Shown here: positions 38,101 to 52,880 of the stretch, piece by piece
How the letters are laid out: every line of letters starts with the position of its first letter
How positions within the stretch are numbered: the stretch's first letter is position 1
NCBI RefSeq assembly: GCF_009914755.1
Contig: NC_060927.1
Reading direction: 5' to 3' (one strand)
Source of the DNA: the human T2T-CHM13v2.0 reference genome, Homo sapiens
Length of the DNA stretch: 64,000 nt
The notes under the pieces: generated by a model
Told to the model about the DNA's origin: nothing
Database searches by the model: none
The model's input: the letters and a program-made list of their open reading frames with translations, nothing else
Translations under genes and position numbers: made by a program

Positions 38101-41100
38101 GTATTAAAATATTACTTATAGAGCAGTTGACTGTTAGTAACAGGAGTGGTAATTAGTAAAATTAGTAATATTCATTTTTAGTAGCACTTATTTATTTTTA
38201 ACTGGAGAAGGACTTTATAAGAAATCCTGTCTTATCGCCATTATAAACTCATTATTAACTCTGTGTATGTATTTTGAAGTGGATTACTGCTTATGCTTTG
38301 ATTATTTTCTTCTTCACTATTATTAATCAGTGTCAATTATTGAGACATATTTAATTACTTATTCAAAGTATTATTGTCCAATAGTCTTATTCAAAAATAT
38401 GATTAAGATAAGGATATTACCTGTGCTTTACTTTCATTCAGTGGAAATAATGGCATTTTAGATCTTAGCTGCATGCTTTATTTCTGTCATTATTTTTCAG
38501 ATCCTTTCACAAAATGTTGAGCTCTCATCTTGTTTGGTGACCTTGTGTTTTAGCACTTGGCATTTGAGAATGATCCATGGATTTTATACACCTGAATTGA
38601 AAATAAAATCATCTTATTTTTGAGTGGCTATCTAGTTTATGCAATATCACAGAATCAAGAAAGGCTATGTGGGCACATGCAATCTGACAGAATATCATGG
38701 AAGGAAAGATTTATAAGTGCTTTATATCACACATACATGTAAAATCAAGTACACACTAGATGGAAGAGTTGAGGAGGTTTGTGGTTATAGTCTTACAAAT
38801 CTTTCAATTTCTTCACAATGAAACCCAATAGAATGCCTAACACAAACATAGGACCATACTAACTCTTAAATGAGAAACAGTGAGACATTCACTAACTTAA
38901 CAATCATTTGTTGAATAGAGAAAACACACATTACTATGTTCTGTGACAGTTACAAACAAGAAGTAGTTCACCTGGTTTCTGATTTTCAAAAGATCTCCAA
39001 TAGCAATTTCCCCCAATGTCTTGACATTCAATTATATGGTTCTAATATATTCTTGAGAAAAATCAGAGATTATTTATACTTGGCAACTACTTCACACAAG
39101 CATTTGGGGCATGGTGAAAGTTTATTTAAATGGTGTGTATACATAGACCACTCCTACAAAGACTGATTGTATTTTTTGTTTCAAATACCATACTTTTGTT
39201 CTTAAGGGAAGTTTGAGTCATATTATACTCAAAACTATTATTTCTTCACTGCTTTAGTTTTACCATGACAAGATTTTAATACCATGTAGGACACCCACCC
39301 ACACAAAGTATGTTAAACTTTATGATTTTAAGTATAATTTTAATTTTATAATTGCATCATTTTGTGTTAATTGTTTTGCATTATTTTTAAAAGAATTTAA
39401 ATTGACACATTTATTTCTCAAGGGAGCAGAATGTCTCCAGTAGTTTCATATTGTTTCAGCATTCACTAATTGCTAAGCTTGCAAAATATAATAAAATTTA
39501 TTTATTTTGCACAGCATTTCCATTACATTTTTTAATACCCTGGTGTATGACATATTCATCAGGAAAGCAACACAGCAGATTAGAGCAATTGCAATAATGA
39601 AGCCAAACCACGCCATTGAAAAGCTCTTCACTGTGAGAGACAGGATCTTATGTATGCTCAAATCACATTTATTGGAATAATCTCTGCATATTTGTTGAAA
39701 AAAATACAAATACTGGAGTATATATAGATAGATTTGAGGAAGGGTCAAATACTTTCCTCAATGCTTTCCCTTTTCTTTCCCAAACCTTTATCCCTCAGTT
39801 TGGCATTTTATCTCTTAGGCAAATTATTTCTTGTCTCACCACCAGCTCCCATTACTTCAACTGGCTTTCTTGCCCATCCTAGTAATGTTTTGGAAAAAAT
39901 GATGAGCAATGCGCATTCAATGAATTTTATTCTTTTACAGGGGAGACACTCTCAGCAAAGAAAGAAAGAAGGGGACCCTTCAATCTCCTTTGTAAACTTA
40001 CTAAAGACAGACTTATTTGAAAACTAACTAGTGGTATCTGTTAACCCAGAAGTCTCTAACTATGTAATCTTTTTAGCAGGATGGACTTAGTATGTCATGT
40101 TTGCATATTTTAAACAAACATGGAACCAGTGAATTTATGGGCCATTATTTCCTTAAAAATGTCACCTAAGCTATGGAATTGAGCATAAAATAGAGATGTT
40201 TCATACTAAAATGACTTCATTTTGTGTAAAAATATAGCTACATACATTATGAAGAGTTTTCTGATGTTAATTTGAGCCAGGGTGCATCCTGATGAGGCAA
40301 GAAAGGTTCCAGACCTTTCCCTGCTTTATCTAGAACCTATGATCAATCTGTATCATTGAAGTATTAGTAGTAATGTTTAACACCGGGTAAGATCTCTGAT
40401 TCTTGTAAGTCTGATTTGCCAGTTGGATCATTGTGTCACATCACCATTTTAAATGAAGCTTCCTTCCAGGATGCATGTCATCTTGAGAATTGCCATCTTA
40501 GTTACATAATTATATAAATTGACCACATGGTAACATGAAATATAAAATATTTGTTAATGCATTAGCCCCCAGAAAAGGGCTGTAAAACTTGACTCCAATA
40601 AAGAAAATATTAAGGACTCTTGGACTACCCAAACACATTAGCCGGAAAACAAGTCTGTTGCTACACTTCAAATTACATTTATTGGAATAATCTCTGAATA
40701 TTTATTGGAAGAAAATTGAACTATAATTCAAATGAACATATTTTAATAGTTTATCCCCTTAAAAGAATTAATTATCAACAGGATACAAAAACAGAGGAAG
40801 GAAAGCTGCTTGGAAAAACCTGTACCAAACCTAGTAAAATTTACTTTCACTCCTAAGTAAACTATTTGATACAAATTTTCAGGAAGGGTTTAATAGGTAT
40901 TCCCTGAAAGCATACACAAATAGGAGTCTTGCCTACTTGTTAATGCATGTTTGAACAAGTTTAAGGAAAGACGAAAACATTTCCTTTTATACCAATTAGA
41001 GGGTTTCTTTTTGTTGTTCACAAGGAAGTAGAAAGGTTGAATTCACAAAGTAATAGCAGATATATGTTTAATTATGAAGTTTTTTTTCCAGTTCAAATTC

Positions 41101-42319
41101 AATATAAAAATGAAAGTCTGTGAAATAAAATATGTTTCATTGAGGCATTTTTCATGAACTATATTATTTTAGACAAACTCCCATAGGGATAAATGTATTT
41201 CATCTTCCTCAGGTGTAAAAAAAATCTTCCAAGAAGCACTATTTCCTAACAAATGAAAATATTTCCATCTCTAACCAGCCTAGAAATGTTACCCTTAGGA
41301 ATAAAAAACTTTGCTGTGATTCTGGGCCCTTGTTCAGGACTCATTATGTCAAAAGCAGATTAAAATATTTTATTTATCCCATCTGTGAATTTAGTATTTC
41401 ACTCCTTGTGGTAACTCTTTCTTTTCTCCTCGAAGACAGAGATATTTTATTTCAATGATGATTATAGCCTATTATTATCCTCGTGTGACTAAAAAGGTAA
41501 TCAAATGAATGTTGCATTTATCATTCAAAAATCGTCCTCAGAAAATATCAGTATGTGCTTACCGTAGCAAAACACAACTATATTGTTGCTAAAATTAATT
41601 TAAAAATTAAGTTAAAATTTGTATATACTAAAAGTGAATTAACTATGCTTGTCATTGCTTAGATAAATCATGTCAAATTATGTCCCTTGATGTATACTCT
41701 GTCCTATTAAATGAATGTTTATTCTGTCTGTGTATATGATGCAAAAGTAATGTCAGTTAAAATAAAAAAGTAACTACAGCTTTTTAAATTAAAAATGACT
41801 TCATTTCTTTTATTGATATTAACAATACATAGCAAAATGTGAACAAAGGTTAGAAAGAAGGTATACACATTTGCTTTGTGAACAACCTGTTTTTAAAATA
41901 ATACCATCGAACAATATACATAAGAAGTCAGACAGCAAAGTATAGTGATTAAAATTTACTCAGAAATAATCTAAATATTTGGAGAAAGTCGTGTGTTATA
42001 TAAGCACATACAAGCTTGTGCACACATGCAAACGTGCCTACTGTAGAGCTGAGTGTGTATATTTAACTCTGAATTTTAATAAGCAGAAAAAAATGAATCA
42101 CAATAGCCTTTATGTACAGCATAGTATCTTTTTATAAAATTAAAGCTAATAAGTCTTTGTATTTCTAAAATTACTCTTTAGAATATATAGAAATGCAATA
42201 AAGCTACATAAAAAAGAATGATGAAATAGGTTCTAGATGACAAATACCTCAGCTAGTGAGAGGCAAACATATAGACTGGAAATATTTAAAGAAAAGTACA
42301 CTCTACACAAATGTCTAGG

Positions 42320-44250
42320 CCAGTGAGTTTTCACAAACTGAACACACCCTTATAACCAATATTCACATCAAGAAACAGAACCTTAAGAGTAGCCTAGGAA
42401 TCCCTTTTTGTTTCTGTTTTGCTTTGCTTTGCTTTTTTAGTCATTATCTCCACTCTTGTCAAGGGTAACCACTTCTCCTCCTAACATTATAGATTAGTTT
42501 TTGCCTGTGTTTTAAATTTACGTGATTGAAACTACATAGTATGTATTCTAGTGTCCAGTTTCTTTTACTCAGCACTAAGTTTGTGAGATTAATCTATATT
42601 TTCAAGGTTTAGTTATAAAGGGTTAATTGTTCCTGCTGGGTAGTTTCATTGTGTGACTATATCACAATTTATTTAACTGATCTACTGTGAATATGCCTTT
42701 ACATAGCTTCAAATTTAGACTATTACAAATAATGCCAGTATAAACAAGGTTGTGCTTGCCTTTTGGTAAATATGTGTCCACATTTGTGTTAGGTATATGT
42801 CTATAAGAGCAATTGCTGGGCCATAGGATTTGCTTATAATCAACTTTAGTAGGTCTTGCCAAACAGTTTTAATTTACATTATTACACTCCACTATCTTGC
42901 TCCATATCTTTGCCAAAATTTGTTATTTTCCATCTTTTTTATTGCATTTGCATTTAGCCATTCTCATTGGTGTCTAATGGGTACCATTATATGGTTTAAT
43001 TTGCATTCCCTTTAATACTGATGAAATTAAATTGCATGTAACTTTTATTGTCCATTTGATAGACTCTTGTGAATTGCATGTGCAAACCTTCTGCCCATTT
43101 TTCTCTTGAGTTTCTTTTTCTTGTTTATTTGTCTTTCTGTAACCAGATACAAATCCTATGACATATATATGTAAATATACATGATACATCTATATGTACA
43201 TGTATATTAATATGTGTATCTATCACAAATACTTTCCCTCTATGTTGTCTATTCACACTATTAAGGGTACTTTTAGCAATCAAAAAATTTATCTTTAACA
43301 TAGTCCAAGTTGCAAAATTTTCTTTTATGGTTATATATCTCTCTTTCTTGTTTAAGAAATATCTTTCTCTTTTAAAGTCACCTGTTTATTTGCTATTATT
43401 TTCTTTAGAATATAAGTATATGATCTACCAATGTCACTATTGGATGTATATCCAAAGGAAATGAAATCATATGTTGAAGACGTATCTCCATGTTTATTGT
43501 GATGCTATCCAAGATATAGTATCAACCTAAATGCCCATCTGTATAAATGGAAAAAAAATATGATACACACACACACACACACACACACAGACACATGGTA
43601 TACCCTAAAACAGAATAAAATTCTGTTATTTTCAGCAATGTGGATAGACCTGGAAGACATTATAGAGAACACAATGTTAAGTGCAATAAGCCAGGCACAG
43701 AGCAACAAATATGTGATAGCACTCATATCTGGAATCTAAAAAAGGTAATTTCCTAGAAGAAGAGAGTTAAATAGTGGTAACCAGAGGCTGAGGAACAGAG
43801 GGATGAGAGGGACTTGGAGAGACTGGTCAATAAGTACAAAGTTACAGTTATACAGGGAGAATAAGTTTTGGTGATCTATCACACAGTAGGATGCCCATAG
43901 CAAATAACATATAATGTATATTTCAAGATAGCAAGAAGAGAAAACTTTGAATGTTGTTACCACAAAGAAATGATAAATGTTTAAGGTGATAGATATGGTA
44001 ATTACTTTGATTTGATCATTATACCTTCTATACATGCATTGAAACATCACATTGTGCCCCACAAAAATGTCCAATTATTATGTCAATTAAAAATAAAGCT
44101 TTTTTTTACAAAGCTAAGAAATACTGCCTTTTACTTTAGACCTATGTCTGTCATTGTGTATAGTGTAGAGTAAGAGGTAAACTTTTTCTCTTATCAATAT
44201 CCAGTTGGCCTGGCAGTATTTGTGGAAAAGGACAGTCATTCAGCTACTGC
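42320..44250 (-). mobile_element. Old L1ME 3' fragment, interrupted by an L1MA
   Basis: Antisense L1 3' UTR/ORF2-end motifs (aactgaacacaccc, tttaatttgcattccc, atccagttg). Confidence 0.7.
43418..44098 (+). mobile_element. L1MA 3' end with internal (CA)n
   Basis: tatatccaaaggaaatgaaatc, aataagccaggcacag, gtacaaagttacagtta, tgtcaattaaaaataaa. Confidence 0.85.
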
Positions 44251-44475
44251 ACAATACTATTTTTTGTTTTGAATGGTGAGTTATAAGTGCTAATTACATT
44301 GTTGAAAATAATGGAATTTAAAAATTAACTAAATAAAAATAGACTATGAATGAATCAATGGAAAAATATATATAGAATTTTATTTAATCAAATTCTGGTT
44401 ATATTATGTATAATAAATGAAAAATACAATTAAAAATAACATATGTGAGTCAGAATCACAAAATCCTGATTCTTA

Positions 44476-44998
44476 TGTAGGACAGTAACTAGTCAGAAAA
44501 ACAGAATTGATATGTGAAATTATTTTAAATCAAGGGAGTTTAATGTAGGGAATTCTTTCCACAAATGATGGGGAAGTGAAATGGCAAAGAGACTCTTGCT
44601 TTCTGGGTTTTTATTGTATGCAGAATTATTAACTACAGAAAGCAGCTTCCACCCATAGGGTTGGGGAACAAAGAAGCTAGAATTCAGACTGATTAGTGGG
44701 GCTACGACTGGCACCTTATAAGCACAATGAGTCTGGTTCTGTGTGTGTCAGTAGAACCTGGAAACTGTAGGAACTGCTGAATTTCTGGTAAAGTTAGAAT
44801 TGCAGTCAGCAAACAGAAATACAGAAGTTTCTTCTTCTCTTCCCCTGCCTTCCAATCTCCTTTTGATGTCCCTTATTGGCAGAAAATAACAGAAAGCCAA
44901 CTGGCAAAGAGCTGATGTTTGTGTAGCTTTAGCACAAGAAAGCAAAGCACAGCAGAGCTGGCATGGAGCTGAGAAACTATAGATTAATAATGACACAA
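44476..44998 (-). mobile_element. LTR33-like ancient ERVL LTR
   Basis: gagtttaatgtagggaat, ctgccttccaatctcc...cccttattggcagaa...agaaagccaactggcaa, ggagctgaga. Confidence 0.55.
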
Positions 44999-46924
44999 TG
45001 ATAAAACAAATTTGAACATTAAAGAAATAGTTTATTTTATTCACATTTAGATTTAAATTTAAATTAAACACAATGTCTCTTAATGCGTAAGTAAAAATGG
45101 TAAGGTGCTGTATTCAGATTGTATTTATATTTATTTATATGACATGGAATGTTGCATATTTTCCAAGGTTACATTAGTGAGACATTTTTAATTCAAAAAA
45201 AATTTATGGATTCTTATAACACATGCTTAATATTTAAGTCTGACGAACTGTCTTAGTGGTCATAATTTACAAGTCTTTCCAGTTTGTAGGTGCATTATTT
45301 TTTATTATTTAAATATCACTCTGTCTCCATCTTCTTCTTCATAACTACTAGCATTCAGACTTCATAAAATGGTCACAAATGCCGTTCCAATCGGTCAAAA
45401 TAATTTCAGCCACTTCCTTTAAAGCTTACTTACTTCTTTAAAATCATATTCTCACGTATTTTTCTCATTAGAGATAAACAAAATACAAAACTTTGTGATG
45501 ATTTGCAAATCAAAAAATTTATATCTCAGCCCTTTCAGAGAACGATATAGGAAAAAATAAAATCCCTCATGTGAATTTTCTCCCCAAAATTGATTAAGAG
45601 TTCATTTTGGAAAGTATTTCAAGCTTTTGGAGACTACACATAGCCAACTGGGAGAAATAAAAAAGCATAATAGAAAAGCATAATTCCCGCCTGTACTTAT
45701 ATATTCATTATTTTAAATTAACTTATTAATTCATGAGTTAATTCTCATGGTGGACCTCACTCTTCCACCATAAGAATGAGTTGGCACAATTTAAAAAAAT
45801 CCATAAAAGTCAGTGCTTGGCCTCATGTAGTTCAAGAAAATATGATCAGTTAATCATATCTTCTTCTCCATTTATTGATTTGCTGTGTCATAGAAATGTA
45901 TAGGCACAAACTAAGCTTTAAAAAGTGAGAAATAAATAAAAAGAAGAGAGAGCACAACTTATAGAAAGAAAGCTCATTTTTCAGATCTTCTCCCCTAAAC
46001 CTGTCTCAAAAGGGGCAGCTCTCAAAATGTTATGGAATAAATTAAGCTCTAATTGGAATTTCCTAAACATTTCAGATCTCATTAAGAGAAGTAATATAAT
46101 AAGAACTAATCTAAGACATTGTAAAAAATTAAAAATCAACATTGTTAGAAAATATTAGTTTTTCTTTCTCTTTGTTTTTATAAAGATTGTGTGCACACTT
46201 TTTCTAAAAAAGATTCATTTAAAAGTAAATATATTAAACTATCTAACTGATGTTTTCTGATGTAGATAAAACAGAAAAAAAGATTTATCCAATGTACTTT
46301 AACATTTAAATTGTTGAATTTGTGTTGGTGCATCAGATAATGTTGATAACCAAAGTCCTAGTTAAGACTATAAATTAGGATTAATTATGAATTCTAGTGA
46401 TTTTACCAAAAAAACACTTTTATCTATAAGACTAATAAGCCAATAAGTAAAATTTCCTTTTCCTTTTTTTTTCTGCTTCCTTTCTTCCACTATTGAAATG
46501 CCTGTTAACAGTCAAAGGTTGACAAAAGTAGGAAGAAGCGAGATCAAATTACTGTGAAGTTAGATTGCACCTGCCAAACAGGCTCGCCTGGTAGCTGGCT
46601 ACTAGGGAGAATTCTCAGGTATAGAACACCACAAAGCTGCTGCTTTGACATTCTTTCCAGTTTGGAAAGGAATAAAAACACAGGTGACACAATATAATTT
46701 CCAGAAATAGATAGATCAATTCCTGGGAAAAGTCAAAACTTGAGAAAAAGGAAGTGGACTTTATTTTTTTGTAAGAATTTCTACTGGAAACTGTTAAACA
46801 TGAGATTGGGTAGTAAAAAGAGAGTTGTAATAAACCCATGATACACAAACACACATATATACACATTTATATATATAGAAGTGTGTGTATATAACATGTG
46901 TAAATAATAAATAAATTCAAGGCA

Positions 46925-47088
46925 ACATAGATTGGAGAAGGGAAAGGATCAGGAAAAATAACTAACGTGTACCAGGCTTAACACCTGGATGATGAAATCA
47001 TCTGTACAACAAACCCGCCAGGACACAAGTTTACCTATGTAACAAACCTACACTTGTACCCCTGAAATTAAAATTAAAATTAAAATAA
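46925..47088 (+). mobile_element. Short L1PA15/16-like 3' end
   Basis: aggatcaggaaaaataactaa...tctgtacaacaaacc...gtttacctatgtaacaaacct. Confidence 0.85.
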
Positions 47089-47559
47089 GGAAACTTGCCT
47101 TTATTACAGCCTTTTAAATTTCAGATGATTTCTACATCAAGTGTTATCAGACTATTTCTTGACTAGTTGAAGTAGACAGGTAACTCACAAATGGTGCAGA
47201 ACACTTTGACTTCATCAGTTTCTTCCGTGGTTATTTTCTTCTTTAGTTGAGCAGCCACACCCTCAAACTATATCATTTAAATATGTGCATACCTTAATAA
47301 ACTCATTGACAGGAAATACTGTTAGAATTTAGGATACTGAAATAGCAAGAAATGAGAGCTGAAAGACTAAAAAGAAGAGAATACAAATATATTAACTAAA
47401 AATAAATGATGAGAGACTCCAGGAGAAATAAGATAAGGAGTTTGCAGTTCTTCAGGCCTTCAAGGTCCCTAAGACATCTCTTAATTTAACACAGCATAGT
47501 AACATATTTGAATGACAAATATGTTTGAATCATTCAATCCATTTAATCTGTACAAAAAT

Positions 47560-47860
47560 AATAATACTAGTTAACATTTATTGACTGATAACAAGATGTC
47601 AGGTACTGTTCTGAATGCTATTTGCATTGGAAATTCTGCAGTATTTAAAAGAACGCAGGGATTTTGGCTTCAGTAGTCTTCAACCATAGTAACAACAACT
47701 ATTTTGTGAGGCTTATTAACATTCCTATTTATAGTTGAGGAAACTAATATAAATAAAGCTTTAGTAAATTGTCAAGAACACACAATTTTTTAGGTGGGAA
47801 AGCCAGGTTTTGAATCAAAGGAATGTGGATTGAAATACAGAATATTTAATCCCTACATTA
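47560..47860 (-). mobile_element. MIR
   Basis: taacatttattga...tgtcaggtactgttct...attttatagttgaggaaact-like core. Confidence 0.7.
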
Positions 47861-48164
47861 AACTGGAGATTGAGAGACAGTGAAAATAAAATGTAGAATT
47901 TATTTTATTTTCTGAAAATTAATCTAAGTGAAAGTTCTTATATATCACAAAAGATACATTACTCTATTTGCATTGTTGGCATGCCCATACACACAAACAC
48001 AAAATCAGCTACATTGAATTACTTTAAAAAGGGAAGTCATAAAATATATTATGGTTATAGATACAATCTTAATTAGAGTCATGAAGCTCCTTTTAGATGT
48101 TTTCAGTCTATGATTCTAGTCTATTCAAGCATTCAAAGTGATATATATTATCACTTCTGCTCTT

Positions 48165-49330
48165 ACCATTTATTCATTGAGGTATTCTTTCATTTACTCA
48201 TTATTTAATTATCGAACAATTATATGCACCAGGTACTGTGCTAAGAACTGTTTGGATGAAAAATTTAATGCCATAAACTCTTATCCTCAAAGAATTCAGA
48301 GTTTATTTGTGAAAGGCAAATTAACAAATAAATTTAGTGCTGTAAGGGCAATGTGCTAGTCAGTGTGGAAGAGATATTAAGGGGAATGTGAAAAAGAATA
48401 CATAATCAAGCCTGAAAATATGGTGGGGACAGGACATCAAGAAAGTCTTTTCCTAGGACCTGGTATTTGATCTGAGTCATAAAAAATAAACAAGAGTTTG
48501 TTGTACCAAACATGGATGGGAAGAAGAAAATGCTTTCTAGGAAGAGGGGGATACAAAGGCATGGAATAAAACAATAAAATGTGCTTGGAGTAGGTGGTGT
48601 GAAGTGGAGAATAGCAAGAAATAGAGTTCAGATGCAAGAAGAATCCTTGAAAATCATGTGAAATTGTTTGCTGTTAGGTGAGAAGGAGTCTTTGGATAAA
48701 TTAGACACAGAAATGATACAGGCTGATTTGAAATGAGAAAGATTCACTTTGAAAGCTACATGGAGAATGAATTTGAGGAAGACAAACTGGGAAGCAGAGA
48801 TAAAGAGGTTTTTGCAGATGTCCTAGAAACACCTATGAGGAAATAAACGATCATGGTGGTAGTAGGACTAAAAAATAAATTAATTAAAATAATGTAGAAG
48901 ATATATAGACTTTTAAGATTAATTGGGTATGTATGAGGGAAGAAAGCTGAAGTCAAGATTAAGTTTCAGGCACATAACTTCAGTGCCTGGGTGGAAGATG
49001 ATAACAAGGAGGTGCAAAATACACTAGAAGCGAGTTGAAAGGGAATGATATATTCAGATTTGAGGACTTTGAGTTTGATAAGCCCATAACTTACACATAT
49101 AGAAAAATCTAGCAAGTGGTTTGATAGATGTATTTGAAGGCCAGGCAAAAGAAGGAAACTAGAGATAATGCATTTAGGTGATTCAACACACAAAGGCTGC
49201 TTAATATGTGAGAGGGGATGAGATTTTCCTTAGCAAAGTATGAATGTAATGTGAGATCAGTGGTCCAAGATAAGAACCCTGGAAAATATAGATACTGTCA
49301 GGGCATTGTAGATACCAAGATGTAATGTTA
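48165..49330 (-). mobile_element. LINE-2 fragment (~1.1 kb)
   Basis: ccaggtactgtgctaag, ttctaggaagaggg, agaaagattcact, gagtttga, aagaaccctgga motifs. Confidence 0.7.
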
Positions 49331-50812
49331 GCTTTAAAAAATAATAATTCAGAAGAAATCTAGGGGTAACTTAGATTAAGATAAAGATATTCCAGCTAAA
49401 AAGTCATGAGTGATTGCAATGAGTTAGTGAATTTCATCATTCTGTAAAAGTCAAATAATGTTTTATTCCAAAACTAACAAAAAGAAAATGTCTCACAAGA
49501 TTTTGAAAGCCATCACAACAATCTCTTATGAATTCTTTCTGCCTCCCATTATCATGGCAGCCCACATAGAACATGTAAGAAATGTAAGATAATATGTTTC
49601 TGATCATATCTTATGCAGAGTCCATGCTTATTCTTTTAAATTCTATAATTTCCAATACCAGTGACATATTCAGTGTGATATTTGGAATATTCCAAATTTT
49701 ATATATTTTGATGGAGCAACTTCCCATTGGAAGAATAAGAAATACAATATTCTATGTAAGACTGTATATATACACATATACACAAAAAATACAGAAACAC
49801 ACACATACACAGACAATGAACACACACACACACACACACAAAGTTTTCCAGCTGTTCTTCATGTATCTAGTAGAAACAAGAGAATAAGTCCACTTTGGAT
49901 AAGCATGTCATGGCTACCAAAAGGCTCAATGAGGTCAACGTATTCTGATTCCCCCATTTGTTTGTTCTTTGTCTCAACCCATTCCACATCTCATAATTGT
50001 CTCATCTTTCTTCTTACAATTTCTTATTTTGTACATAACTTCTTTTTACTTGTATTTGCCATTTTTTTCCCATTGCCCTTAGTATACTGCTTAAATATGT
50101 GATTCTGCAAACTCTTCTTTGAGTGGCTGGCACTTCTTGCTCTAAGTCTCCTGCCCTCAGCTGCCTCAAGTGCTCCAGTGTTTCTTTCTTCTAGATAAAT
50201 CTTGCTGATAAATTGTATGTCATGAAGTTTCTAAATTATTTCACTAAACTTCTCATTTAATCTAATTTGATCCATTTCAAATATATATCTTGTCAATGGT
50301 TATGTCCAGAACTAAATACAAAAGAAGAGAAGTAATCAAAATGATATATATTGAGAAATCATCTCCCTCATTCTTATCAGTATATAGGTTTTATCTCTGT
50401 CCAGACACTTTTCAGTAGTGCCTTTCCTTTCAGATCACTTCACCTCTGAGAATAAAGTATCTTGATTTCTGTTAATTTAAAATAAAAAATAGTTTAAACA
50501 GAGTAAAGCAGAGTCTCAAAGCAGAGAAAGGCTTCACTTCTGCTGCTGAGCAAAGTTGAAATAAAACGTTATCACCAGAGAGCAATAAGAAAAATAGCCA
50601 AGCATCTCAACATTGGAAACAAATGACATCCAAGGAAAGACAATCTTTGTTCCTCGTAGCTCTCTGTAACTGGGTATGGGCTTTTAAATTTAATCTCTAC
50701 ATTGTGTGTGTGTGTGTTTTGTCATGTTATCCTCCCAAGAATTTGTCCTCAGGTACATTTACTTAGTTCTCAGTTACTACCTCCAATATCACACCCACTT
50801 TCCGCTCTTTTT

Positions 50813-52833
50813 CTTTGAAAGAAATCAATAAAATTGGCAACAATCTAACCAAATGATCAAGGAGACAAAAAGAGAAGACACAATTTATTAGTATCAGAAA
50901 TATAAAGGTGGCATCACTACAGATCTTCCAGCCACTAAAAGGATGGTAATAAATATTCTTGTGCTAATCAACTCAACAACTGGAATTCAAGAATATATTG
51001 TGAATATTAACTAATAGTAAGTATTTATTATTATCTTCAATAATTTGAAGTGGAAAAATTCCTCAAAAATATACCATGTCAAAACTCACTCAAGAAAATA
51101 TTGGAGAAAGTGAACAGCCTTATGTCTACAATAGAAATTAAATCTGTAGACAAACACCTTTTCACTAAAAGAATTTCATGCATAGATAGCTTCACTGGTG
51201 AATTCTCCAAAAACTCTTCCAAAAGCAGAAGATAAGGAAACACTTCTTAATAGATTTAGGAGACCAGCATTACCCTCATACAAAAGCCAGAAAAAGGCAT
51301 AAAACAAAATATTGCTACAAAATAATATCTCTCATTAATATGTACATAAAAATATTTAATATAATGTTGGCAAATAAAATCATGTAATATATAAAAGGTT
51401 AATACATATGATCATGTATGGTTTTTTCCAGGAATAAAAGTTTGGTGTAACAGCTAAAAAAATTGTAATCATGATATTAATAAAATAAAGGGAAAAAAAA
51501 GTAATTACCTCCAAAAGTACAAAATGAGTATTGCAAAATTCAACAACTTAGAATTAAAAAATAATAATAATTACACTCAGCACAAAAAAAACAGAAGGCA
51601 GCATTCTCATTTTTTAGATTCTCCTCAGCAAACAGACCTGCAAAAACCTCCAGCTAACATAACATCTCCATGGTAAAAGATTGAATACTTCCGTCCCCAA
51701 TACCAGGAACAAGGCAAGGATGTCTAATCTTACCACTTCCAATCAATTTTGTATTGAGAATCCTGGCCTGTGAAAAGATGTAAGAAAAAGAAATAAATGT
51801 GATACACAATTTCTATGCAAAATCCCAAGAAAATCTATCAAAATCTTGTTCTCATTTTAACTAATAAGTGAGTTTAGCAAACAAAATCTAAAAATTTTAC
51901 TTTCTAAAGGATGCCATTAAGGAATAAAAAAGGAAAGGAAAAACTGAGAGAAAACAATTTTAAAACACATATTTGATCATAGACCTGCATCCAGAATGTA
52001 TACAGAATACTTACAACTCAATATAATAAAACTAAAATTAAAAATCACTAAAAAATCTATTAAAATTTATTAAAAATTATACAAATACTTTAAGAAAGAA
52101 GTTATGGAAGTATACATAATCACATGAAAACATGCTCAACATGATTAATCATTAAGAAAATATAAATTAACAACTACAATGAGATACCACTGCATACTCA
52201 CTGGAATGCTGAAACTATGACTGGCAATACCAAGTGTTAGAGAAAATGTAAAGCAATTGAACCCTCATATATTGCTGACAGGAAAACAATATGATCCAGT
52301 AAAGTTGGAAAATAGTTTGGCAGTTTCATTTAAAGTTAAACACACATTTGCCCAACAATCCCAGTGTGAGGTATTTACTCAAGAAAAATGAAAATGTATG
52401 TATCAAAAAGGGGCTTATACCTGAAGGTTCATAGTCACTTTACTTATTTTACGCCCCCAAGTTGGAAAAACGCAAATGTTCATTGACTAGTAAGCCCTTC
52501 AACAAATTTGGGTGTACCATAACATGGACCGCTCTTCAACAATATGAAGTTGGGGCCAGGCACAGTGGCTCATGCCTGTAATCCCAACACTTTGGGAGTC
52601 TGAGGCTGGTGGATTACCTGAGGTCAGGAGTTGAAGACCAGCCTGGCCAACATGGTGAAACCTCGTCTCTACTAAAAATACAAAATTAGCTGGATGTGGT
52701 GGTATGCACCTGCAATCCCAGCTACTCAGAAGGATGAGGCAGGAGAATTGCTTGAATCCAGGAGGCATAGGTTGCAGTGAGCCAAGATCACTCCACTGCA
52801 CTCCAGCCAGGGCAACAGAGCAAGACTCTGTCT

Positions 52834-52880
<47 letters not shown>

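Noticed and set aside
39473-39748. 91-aa ORF with a hydrophobic, transmembrane-like stretch
   Set aside because: Hydrophobic runs are expected from T-rich codons; there is no homology I recognise and no promoter or exon context.
47501-47525. 10-bp-arm hairpin aacatatttg/caaatatgtt, and an 8-bp one at 16432-16451
   Set aside because: Short enough to be expected in AT-rich DNA; no miRNA-length stem.
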